A stretch of 64,000 nucleotides of DNA, taken from the NCBI GenBank assembly GCA_054600435.1, contig BAAIJX010000042.1, positions 1-64,000 of the forward strand, written 5' to 3'. The position numbers were made by a program, and so were the translations under genes. The DNA is from Neophaeotheca triangularis. Its lineage: Eukaryota. Positions 14,181 to 23,889 of the stretch are shown one piece after another (position 1 is the stretch's first letter; each line of letters opens with the position of its first letter). The notes below the pieces were generated by a model that made no database searches, was not told the DNA's origin, and worked only from the letters and a program-made list of their open reading frames with translations.

Positions 14181-14968
14181 ATGGCCTACACCCTCTCCAC
14201 CCTGGCCCTCCTAGCCGCCACAGCCTACGCCAAAACCGATCTAACCGGCTGCACGACAACCGACCTATCCTCCCCCGCCGGCGCCTCGCAAGCCTGGTAC
14301 GTCCCCGGAACCGGCGAATTATGCGAGATGCTCGACTGCGGCGGCGTAAGTGGGCCTCAAATCACACAAAGCCGACCAAGAAGCAATTTCCTAACAACCT
14401 CCCGCCTCTCCAGGGTCGCGCGCCCCCAAAGCAGGACGTCCCCGGTTGCGCGCAATACACCGGCACGCAAGAGTACCAGCCGTCGTTCCTGGCTGGTTAC
14501 GGCGGGGCCGCAGCTAGTCAGGTACCCGACGAGGCTCTCGCTACCGCGCCCATGACGGCTTCGAGCTCTGCTGTTGCCGTTGCGACCGGGATCATCGCTA
14601 GTAGCAGCGTCGTCGAGGCCATCGGAGTGGAAACAGCCACGGCCACTGCCACTGTCGGCGTCGGCTCCGGGTCTGCCGCCCCCAGCTCCCCGCTCGCTAC
14701 TGCCGTGCTGTCGTCCGCATCTCCTGCTGACTTGGCTGATCCGGTCGTCTCTTCGACTACCAGCGCTCTCGCTACCGCTGTCGCGGGCAACGGGACCGCT
14801 GGCTCTGCTGCCGGGACTGGCTCTCGAGGCAACGCCACTGCGACTGCCAGCGGTAGCGCCGTGCCCTCTTCTTTCGACTCCGGGGCTAGCGAGATCGGGA
14901 GAGCTTGGGCCGGGAGCGCGGGGGTTTTGGTTGCTGTTGGGGCTGTTGTTGCTGTTGTTGCGCTTTAG
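14181..14968 (+). CDS. Secreted, probably GPI-anchored Ser/Thr/Ala-rich cell-surface protein with a small 4-Cys N-terminal domain; intron 14346-14413
   Basis: Signal peptide MAYTLSTLALLAATAYA; Cys domain GCT..WYVPGTGELCEMLDCGGGRAPPK..VPGC; low-complexity S/T/A stalk; hydrophobic C-terminus (AGVLVAVGAVVAVVAL*). Intron is GTAAGT..CTAAC..CAG. Confidence 0.8.
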
Positions 14969-15530
14969 GGTGGAGGCAGTTCACGGGTGTTATCTTGGGG
15001 TTTATTTGTTGAGCAACGCCGTAGCGATCGGGTAAGGTAATCTGGAAGGTGTTTTGCTATGGTTGTACAATACCCACTTTTTGCTCGTGCGTCACTAGGG
15101 AGCGACTTGTGTTTTATAAAAGCGGCTATACCTGATACATTATTAGACATTGCTGACCCCAGTTCGCAACCATGCTGTTTCCAGTTTTCAACCGTCCGAT
15201 CTAGCTAGCTTGGCGGTCCACAACCTCATCTGGAAAGAAGACCAATCAAAGCTAGCAACAGCCAAGTGGCTGAAGGCCCTGATCTCCTTGAGGAAAAATT
15301 GCGAGTTCGAGACCCTAGCAGCTTGCACTAAATGCGAACGACGAACCCCTCGGATTTCCCTCATCTACATATGACAGGCATTGCCTACGTGCATACTATT
15401 TCGCAACACCCTATCATGCCAATCCGAAAAGTTGCCTTCCCAACTGGAAATAGGTCTTAAGCTCTTCCATCTTTCGCTCTGCTTCAGCCATACGTACTCG
15501 AACCCAGCGAGACCTATCGGAGGGCATACA

Positions 15531-16620
15531 TCAAAAAGCACCACTAGCAGCTTTGGTCACCTCACCACTCTGCAGCCGCGACAGAGTATCGACCAGTTCC
15601 GTCTCGCCACGCACAGCACCATGTCCAATCTCTCCCGCCATCTGCGCCGCCAGCAAACCCCCGCCATTGAGCGCCAAAGTCATCTCCGCAACCTCTCGCG
15701 CCTTGCTAGCCGGTAGTTTCCGCTTGAAAAAGTCAACCAGCCGATCCGGCTCGATGGCATCAATCCTCGGCAGCGCTCTGCCCGTCACTGTTGCGAGAGC
15801 GTGTTGCAGATCAAGCATACTGTAACCGCGAGGGCCGTGGATTTCGAACGCGTACGGCGAGGTTGGGAGCGTGCTGCCGGTTTCGACCACGTGTTGTACC
15901 ACTATGCTCGCCGTGTCGGCGATGCTGACCTGGAAGGCGGAAGAAGAAGTGTCAGGGACTTGCTTTGTGCAGAGCGATGGCGTGCGCTTGGGGGGTTTTT
16001 TTCCCCCACTTACCATGGGTATGGGATGGTCGGCTGGGGTGAAGTGTGTCTCGAAGAAGGGAGCGTCGTTTCTCGCCGTCTGTAGAGCTTCTAGCCAGTT
16101 TTCTTGGAACCAGCCGGGTCTGATTTGCACGACTTGCGGCGCGGCTTTCGCGAGCATGGTGTCGGTGATGTGGTTTATCTTGAGTATTCCCTGGACGACG
16201 CGGTTAAAGATGCATGCATGCTTGGGTGGTGTGGGTCTGAGTTTCGCCTACGATGCCATCCGAATGCTGGGCCCCGAAGGCGGACAGTATGACTAGCCTT
16301 TGCACTCGAGTCGCTCTCTGCAATGCAGCCTTGACCTTGTTCGCGGCTCGAGTGGCATGGTCTACGCTGTCGGTCTGTTCGTCATATGTAGGCGGCGGAA
16401 CGAAGAAGACGGCGTCGGAATCGGCAAAGTCCAGCTCCATGCCTTCGTCGAGACCGCCGTGGACAGCGTCGAAGTTGGCGTGCTGGGAGAAGTCTGCGGG
16501 TGCTTTGGACACGTTCCGGTATATGGCTCGGATCTGATGTTGGCTGTCTTGCTGAAGCAGCAGCAGCTCAATGACGGCTTTGCCCACCTGGGTAGAAGCT
16601 GGGAGGATGGTGATGTTCAT
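15531..16620 (-). CDS. NmrA-like / atypical SDR NAD(P)-binding protein; introns 16191-16251 and 15930-16013
   Basis: MNITILPASTQVG Rossmann-like start, LVILSAFGA, IRPGWFQENW, IPM|VSIAD, EIHGPRGYS. Two GT-AG introns restore a continuous frame. Confidence 0.85.
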
Positions 16621-16735
16621 GATGCGTTGCGACGGACGAGTCTCTACCTTCATAATGTCCAGGGACTTGGGGCTGCTGGATGATTTGTTGGCTTATTCGC
16701 ACGACTGTGTCTGCCGTTTGGATATGATCCCTTCT

Positions 16736-16766
<31 letters not shown>

Positions 16767-16848
16767 GGAGGTCGAGCTCACCTACCTCTTACATATATAT
16801 ATATATATATATATGTATGTGGAGGTCGAGCTCACCTACCTCTTACAT
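16736..16848. repeat. Tandem duplication (period about 54 bp): (TA)n microsatellite plus GTATGTGGAGGTCGAGCTCACCTACCTCTTACAT, twice
   Basis: Identical 34-bp units at 16761-16794 and 16815-16848, each preceded by a TA run. Confidence 0.95.
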
Positions 16849-17239
16849 GTACAATATTTTTCCGTGTCAAGGAACGATGGAAGCTGGGCGGCGGAGTCCA
16901 CGGGTTGCGGTTCTGGGCGCTGACAAAACCAGGTAAGGTATGGTTATACCTCACCTACCTGACCTCATCTGCGATTGTCTAGAAATCCATTGCATTCTGC
17001 ATGTCTGTCATTCAATGCTCCAACTCCAAGGATTTTGGTACAAGTCGCAATGGATCATTGTCCTGGTCAAAGGACAAGGTACCTATATTAGCTACCTCGT
17101 AGGTATATCTGGCAAGCCGCATCGCATTCGCATCAAACAGTATCCGGAAATGCGTGCCCAAGGTACTCGACACGGTTGACAAATTTAAGAGAGGGCAGCG
17201 TATCCGACAACTCCTTTTCCATCGCTTCCTGTTCAAGTT

Positions 17240-18046
17240 TCAACGAGATGCCGCGCTTCGACGGACATGACTTCGTCAAGGCCCAGCACTTGCTGACTGG
17301 CGCTATATAGTGAGGCCCGCAGAGATCACCATTACAAATGTGAGTAATTGATTACTTGTCACACCCACTTCAATTCACGACTCCCTTGTGCTCACCACTT
17401 GCTCCATGCGTGCCCTTCCTCACTGCGGTAGTGCGCTCAACTACTCCTTCGGCCAGTCTTTGTATGCTGAAGCCGCGCACAAAGAGCTGCTATCGTACAA
17501 CCAAGACCGGTCACGTTTCAGGCCGTCGTCTCCCGACCCTCTGTGCCAGAGTCTAGCGGATGGCAAGTGTGCAACACTGCAGAACATCCGACTCCACACA
17601 TCCGGCCATGTCATGTCGTTACAGTACCATACACTGGCGCATGCTTTGCTGCTTGCGGACATTCGTGGGGTGCGTTCCCCTTTCTTGGCTATCGCACGGC
17701 CAGCACAACCCTGCCATAGACCGACCCTTGTACCAACGTCAAACCCCACGTCTAACTTCCAAGTAGATACCCAAAGGCGAACCAGAACGCAGAGAAACAA
17801 TAGAGGCAAGCGATTTTTTCCATCCAGTCCGACGTACGCCTCCTCTGCTCAGTTGCCCTGTCCAACCCACACGTCCCACCGGCTATGATGATTGCATCAA
17901 AAGCCATCGCACTCTTCGGTGATCGCTTCGGGTACTTGGCTGAGCACCGCACTCTGGAGGAAATCTTACTCAGGACTGGAAAAACGCATGGTGGCTGGCC
18001 TACTTCGAGTGCTCGTGAGAAGTTGGTGAGGGTGTAGGTGGGCTGA
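17240..18046 (+). pseudogene. Decayed fungal-specific transcription factor (C-terminal part of an ARCA-like Zn2Cys6 regulator)
   Basis: Fragments MRALPHCGSALNYSFG..., HVMSLQYHTLAHALL, then after a probable intron (17670-17766) IQSDVRLLCSVALSNPHVPPAMMIASKAIALFGDRF..GWPT. There is a +1 frameshift in the T6 run near 17815, TGA near 17268 and TAG at 18035. No intact 5' part or Zn cluster is visible. Confidence 0.65.
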
Positions 18047-18324
18047 GTCTGAGGTGGACGATTCAAAAGCTCTCGCACTTGAGCCTGTCACGTAGTCTAT
18101 CGTGTCACCGAGCTCGTGAAATCTTCAAACCTTGGGGACGACCACACTACGCGGAAATGGACGCTCGCGTGTTTGATCACCTTGACGTGTATTCGACATC
18201 TTAGACATTGTAAGTTGAGACGAGGTATCGCAGATAATCTCTCAGCAAGAGCCAGAGCTTGCAACATAGAGATTCAGTGCTCGCTCAGTTTGACGCGAGT
18301 AAAACACTCGTCAGAGATCATCAC

Positions 18325-20283
18325 TCACTGTTCTCTGACTTGCACGTACCCATTGCCAACCCCAGCCCCCTGCTCAACCAACTTCTCCCCACCCTCTGCC
18401 CTCCTCTCTCCCGCAGCAGCCACCCTCTCCTTCCACCCACACTTGAACCTCCCATTGGCTACTGGCTGCAACATCTCCGGCGTAGGCTTCAAACCCCCCT
18501 GGAAAACATCATTCGCTATCCCAATTCCCAGCGGCACGCCCCCAATCGGGAACCTCGAGCCCTGGTCCGGGCGATCAGCCCTTGTCCCCAGAGTCTCGTA
18601 GCGGACAGTCGAAGCGGGCTTGTGAGCAGTCGAGCCGTCGGCTTCAAGAGCGTAGCCCGCGCGCCCGAGACCCGCTTGCGGACGACTGGCGGGGTCTGGG
18701 ACGAGCGTGTCGGCGGAAGCGAAAGCGTCGAAGCGCCAGTGCACGCCGAGGAAGACGCGGGAGACGGCGTTGGAGAAGATGGCTTCCCAAAGCGACTGGA
18801 AGGCTTTGGGGTAGCGGGTGCGGACTGTGCCGCGCTGCTCGGTAATGGCGCGGGATGGGTCGTAGGGGTCTCGCAGGTCGCGGCTCACGCCGTTGAGCTC
18901 GTCCGAGACCATGTCGAAGGCGATGGTGTCCGGTTCGTCGGCGGCGAAGGGGAGGTTGTCGCGGGCTTTGTAGTAGAGACGCATGGATTGGAAAGCTGCG
19001 GCGCCGAAGGTCGCGTGCCCGGACGGGTACGAGGGGAAGGGTGGCTTGAAGGAGATTTCGTTGGTGTTGGTGCTGGGCGCCCCGAGTTCCAGCCAGAAGG
19101 GGTCTTGAAGCGGTTTTCCGTTCGCTCTGCCAACGATTGAGTCTTGACGGACACCAGAGAGGGGGCGCCAGAACTCGAAGCAGTATTTTTCCTGCCAGGA
19201 GAAAATGCCGGCGTCGGCCATGGAGGCGTTGACGAGGGCGAAAAGACGCGCGTACTCGGCGTTGTTCTCTTCAGCTCCATGGTCTGCGTTCACCTTCCGA
19301 TCAAAAGCCACCTTGCGCAGAATCTCGTTGTAAATCCTGATTGGAACGCCGATGAGATTTGCTCCGTCATAAGCCCAGAAGAACCCTTCAGCGGTCTGAT
19401 CGGGACGACGTCTCGTGGTGTTGAGCTCAGTCCTGCCGCCCATCCGGTAGACATCTTTGAACGCATCTTCATACTCAGACTCTCCGCCATTGATTTCCCC
19501 AGTCGGGGGATCGGCAAGGATATGCTCCGTAGGTTCTCCATTGACGACGTGCTGCACAGCGATACGTTTCGCAGTCATGCCGTAGAAAGGGGCGTGGTAA
19601 ACCCTCACGGCACGAGTTGCGCCGCTTGCACCAGTGCCCGGAGCCAGACAAATTTCGCCCGTCGAGCCTGTCCGGTTGGGGTGGATCGGAACAATGCGTA
19701 CCGGGTTGGTCGGATCGTCATCAAACCCGAAGCGCTCCTTCTCCCGCAAAGGACGGTAGTTGCCTTGACTAGCACCAGGCTCGCCCGGTTTGACCGCGAG
19801 TGCATCGAGCATCGCGACGCCTACGTCTACGCCAAAGCGATAGCTCGAAGACAGTGTGTCGAGGCCAGGAAAAGCGTTGATATGGCTGGTAAGGAGTTGA
19901 TCGAGCTGGTCGATGGCCGAGTCTGAAATTGCAGGGTCACGGGCAGTATAGAGCGCTGTGAGGACGTGGATGGCAGCACCTGCAACCGCTTGTCTGGCAT
20001 CTTGAGCACCGAGGGGATCAGGCAAGATGTACGGTGCTTGGCCTTCTGGTGCGGGAGTCAGGTACGTGTTGTATCCGAATTCTTTCTTGATGGCAAAGTA
20101 GGCATCGTGAACAGCAAGGTGCAGGATGCCCAGTGCACGCGCTGTGATTGGAGGTCCGTTCTGAGGTCCGGACACGGTTGCTGAATGGGTGAGTCTGAGT
20201 AGTTCAAGGGCTGCATTGTTCCAGTAGAAGATATAATTGGTGTTGAGGACTGGAAGCTCGTTGGTGGGCGGCAGAATGACCAT
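18325..20283 (-). CDS. Vanadium-dependent chloroperoxidase (VCPO), 652 aa, intronless
   Basis: First ATG at 20283 ([23 protein letters not shown]). All three vanadate-binding motifs are intact: [42 protein letters not shown]. Also FWAYDG. Matches the Curvularia-type VCPO layout. Confidence 0.95.
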   Translation of the reverse strand: MVILPPTNELPVLNTNYIFYWNNAALELLRLTHSATVSGPQNGPPITARALGILHLAVHDAYFAIKKEFGYNTYLTPAPEGQAPYILPDPLGAQDARQAVAGAAIHVLTALYTARDPAISDSAIDQLDQLLTSHINAFPGLDTLSSSYRFGVDVGVAMLDALAVKPGEPGASQGNYRPLREKERFGFDDDPTNPVRIVPIHPNRTGSTGEICLAPGTGASGATRAVRVYHAPFYGMTAKRIAVQHVVNGEPTEHILADPPTGEINGGESEYEDAFKDVYRMGGRTELNTTRRRPDQTAEGFFWAYDGANLIGVPIRIYNEILRKVAFDRKVNADHGAEENNAEYARLFALVNASMADAGIFSWQEKYCFEFWRPLSGVRQDSIVGRANGKPLQDPFWLELGAPSTNTNEISFKPPFPSYPSGHATFGAAAFQSMRLYYKARDNLPFAADEPDTIAFDMVSDELNGVSRDLRDPYDPSRAITEQRGTVRTRYPKAFQSLWEAIFSNAVSRVFLGVHWRFDAFASADTLVPDPASRPQAGLGRAGYALEADGSTAHKPASTVRYETLGTRADRPDQGSRFPIGGVPLGIGIANDVFQGGLKPTPEMLQPVANGRFKCGWKERVAAAGERRAEGGEKLVEQGAGVGNGYVQVREQ

Positions 20284-21713
20284 CTTGCTGGTGTTTGTTT
20301 TTCGAAGGAAGTTGCTACTAGTAGTTTTTATACTTTTGTAATGGTATGATGGATGAATATTCGAGGGAAGAACCAGGTTCTTAAATTCTCCTAGGGCCGT
20401 GACGGAGTAGATTACCTTCCACACAGCTGAGCATCTTTTCCAGAGGCACACATCAGCCGCACATCTTCTTCTGACTCACCGCGCTCACAAGAAGCGACAA
20501 AGGATTACTTCGTATTGAAAGAGGCTGAAGATACGCACTTTGGCCTTGGCTGTGCACTTGGCAAGTACTCGAAGAGGGTAGATGGAACGACTCGTATACA
20601 CGCCTGCTGGCGGAGAAGGCGCAGCACGATGGCGATACCACTCTTGCGTCTTCATGGCATGGCGATATCTTTGAGGCGCTCGCGCATCTTTCGCGGGCTC
20701 CGGGATGTTGGTCAGCTTAGTAGATGGACGAGTTGCGTCTCAGGCCATCAGCTGAGGATGGCCTTCCTGCGAAAGGGCGCAGCAATCCTAGTCTCGATGC
20801 CCTCAACACCGGTTGCATATTGCAGATAAGTAATGGCAAGTCATCCTAGTGCCCTTTGGCATAATCGTGGACGAATTTCCAAGGAGAGTCGCAGGGAAGG
20901 TTCAGAGACATGTCCCACCATTCAAAGCGCTCTGGATTTTCCAAGACCGTTGCTGCGCAATCCAAGTACCATCATCGACACGGACCTACATCTTTAGCAA
21001 GCAGTGCAACAACCATATCAACGATTCGTCATCCCATGGCGCTGATTGGACGGAAGCAGAAAAAGGCCAAAGCGGCCAGAACAGATGAACTGATACCTAT
21101 CAGGCCTCCCAGGTACATGGTAAGCAACGGCAAGCCACCTCGGACGCAATGGTCAGAGCCATAACCAGGTGCTCACCGGCCTGGTAGCACTTGAGCATTC
21201 TTGGCGGGCAATGAGTTCCCTGGCCAAGTAACAAGCCTCAAGTCAGTCCACGGACGGCAGAGCGGAGGCTTTTTTTTTTCCCCCCCCAGATGACGGCCTG
21301 ATGTAAGCCCTCACCGGTGGTTCAGCTTGGTGGTGAGATGGAGGCTAGAGGCCGGGAGGCTGTTCTTAGTACAGAGATACCTTTTTCAGATATAGGTGAT
21401 GGTGTGCAGAGAGTCGTTAGTAACAAACGGTAGTTGCCTCGATGGTGAAGGGGACGAAGAGTTCCACGGTCCCCCTGAGGTTGCTTCACGCGGGAAACGG
21501 CGCTATACCGGATCTGGTTAGGATCAGGCTTATACCGTGGTTGCGATCAAGGGGTGCTCTCTTTCATGGTGTTGCATGGCCAGTCTTACTCCGACCTTCT
21601 GATACTGTGAAAGCATGAGGGGATATGCAAAGGGAACGTTCGGCAAGTCCTTATCCCATGTAAATACCCTCTTCACTACAACGACGCAATTAGTACCCCT
21701 CTACCAAAGCCCC

Positions 21714-23092
21714 TCACAACTTACTCTTCTCAGCCATGTAACTATAAGCTCTCGGCCCACTCTCCAACCAACTGCGATCGATATCTGAGACTTTCTGGCA
21801 TCCAGCCACATTCATCAAAATGTCAAGATCCGCCAGCAGCGACTTCATAACATGTCGCACGCCGTCTTCGCCCATGATACTGAGCCCCCAGACCCACAGC
21901 CGGCCTATAAAAACAAACTTTGCGCCCAGAGCGAGCGCTTTGAAAACGTCTGAAGCACCGCGGACGCCGCTGTCGTAGAAGACGTCGATCTTGTCGCCCA
22001 CGGCTGGAAGATTCAAGTCAGCACAGCAACACAGCAACTGGGCGCGTGGTTCAAGCTCACCGTCAACAATACTCTCCAAAGCATCCAGACTCGCAATCGC
22101 CCCATCAACCTGCCTCCCCGCATGATTGCTCACGACAATGCCATCGCATCCAACCTCCACACACCGCCTTGCATCCCGCACATCCTGGATCCCCTTGATA
22201 GCAAAAGGCTTCCCACCACTAATCTCCTTCCACTTGCGCATGACCCACGGTAACTTCTCCCAACTCCAAGCCCTCCCATGCCAAACATTATCAATCCACT
22301 TCGCGCCTGCCTGATTCGGCTGAGTAACCGGGTCGATACCGTCCTCAGCCAACCTTCTCTTGAAAACCGGGTCCGAGAGCCCGAGGTCCGCGCCAACGCC
22401 GTAGTAGAAAGCGTAGTTACTGGTCGCGACATCGTCGTGGCGCCAGCCCAACTGCCACGTATCGACCGTGAGAATACAAGCGCTGAAGCCCGAATCGTGA
22501 GCGCGTTGCAGCAGCGATACGGTCAGCTCGTCGTCGTGCGGCCAGTAGAGCTGGAAAAACCGCGTACCTTCGCCGTTTGCGGCGCCTACGTCTTCAATCG
22601 GCTGGCTGCCGGCGGTTGACAGGCAATACGGGAGGTTGAGCTCTTTGGCGACTTTAGCTACCGGCAACTCGCCGGCGGGATTGTAGATCTTGTTGATGCC
22701 GATGGGCGAGAAGCCGATCGGGGCGCTGGCCTTATGGCCCCAGATGCTGTGCGCGGTGTCGCGGGCATTGGTGTCGACGAGCATGCGCGGGATGATTTTG
22801 TGGCGGAAAAAGGCCTGTCGATTCGCGAGGTGCGTGTTGGATTGACCCGCATTGCTGGAGGCGTAGTACCAGCCGCCTTCGCTGAGGCGTTCTTTGGCGC
22901 GTTGCTCCAGGGCGCCGGGGTCTGCAGGAGGTTGGTTGTTGGTGAGATGTTTGGTGCTTGACAGGGTTAGAATGACTTGCCTGTGTTGAAGGGGGCGACT
23001 TTGCCTTCGTTTTTGGCCCAGAAATTGTCGCGCTGGTATTGGGCATACTCGGGTGTAGTCCTGATTCGTTTGTTCTCGTTGTTCTTGTCCAT
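21714..23092 (-). CDS. FMN-dependent alpha-hydroxy acid oxidase, lactate 2-monooxygenase-like, with PTS1 (SKL); introns 22922-22980 (GC-AG) and 22004-22060
   Basis: YYASSNAG, IIPRML, FFQLY, DTWQLGWR, IKGIQ, SNHAGRQVDG, DSGVRGASDVFKALALGA. Ends AEKSKL*. Confidence 0.9.
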
Positions 23093-23889
23093 CTTGACAA
23101 TGTCCTTACTGGTCTTGCTAGAGGCGTACAGTATAGAGAGCTGGTAGTGGAAAAGGAAGTGTATCAAACGGCACTTGATAGGGAACGGTTCCTCAAGCCT
23201 ACCTCTCGAGCTGGACTTCAACTCTCACGACGGATAATAAGGCATGTGTTGCATTACGCATGCAATCCGTCGTCTCTTCCTTGCCAGAGGTGCACAGCAA
23301 GCGACACTGCGCGATAGTGAAGTCATATCGGAACCATGTGCCGAGCTCGAAGTTTGGAGTTTTGAGGTGGATTCGAGCGGGAATTATTATGATTAGTCAG
23401 CTGTATCCGACAGGGTCAACGTTACCTCCTAGGTAAGCTCTGCCCTGTCGTACCACCTAGTCGCTCGTGCGTTCTGGCTACACTAAGAAGTTGTCGACTA
23501 AGGGGTACTGCTTCTTAGTGTAGCCAAAGGAGGTAACAGAACACTAAGAACCATAAGCCGCCAGCAGGAAAACGATGAACAAGCATAGCAGTCTCTCCAT
23601 GTTCAACGTCCATATCACTTTGGCATTCACATTCTATCAAAGACTACCGCCACCGTATTCACCATCCATGCACCCGCTCCGTAAACAGTTCCGGTAGTCC
23701 CTTTTCCGTACCCTAGTCCTAATGAAACAGTGTAGTGCTAGCATCGTCACTCCTCGCTCACTCGCTAGCTGATCCGCTTTCTCGCTTCAAAAAGAATGTT
23801 TTCTGGGTTTTGCTTATTTTCGTCTCGGTCTCGCCATGCTCGCTCTTCCACAACATTCAAGTCTCGACCTTCGCACTCTCGGTCGATCG

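Noticed and set aside
15930..16013. In-frame, stop-free introns (84 nt here; 57 nt at 22004-22060) read through by the ORF track
   Set aside because: They have canonical splice signals and interrupt conserved motifs, so I treated them as ordinary introns. There is no evidence for retention.
16736..16848. Repeat-spacer-repeat appearance suggestive of CRISPR
   Set aside because: Eukaryotic context, only two units, the spacer is a TA microsatellite, and there are no cas genes.
18259..19926. Long plus-strand ORFs antisense to VCPO, and similar ones opposite RPB1, LCP5 and TDG
   Set aside because: Shadow ORFs expected from GC-rich codon bias; no motifs.
20284..20451. 56-aa N-terminal extension of the VCPO ORF
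   Set aside because: It starts at a non-ATG codon and has UTR-like composition; similarity begins at the ATG at 20283.
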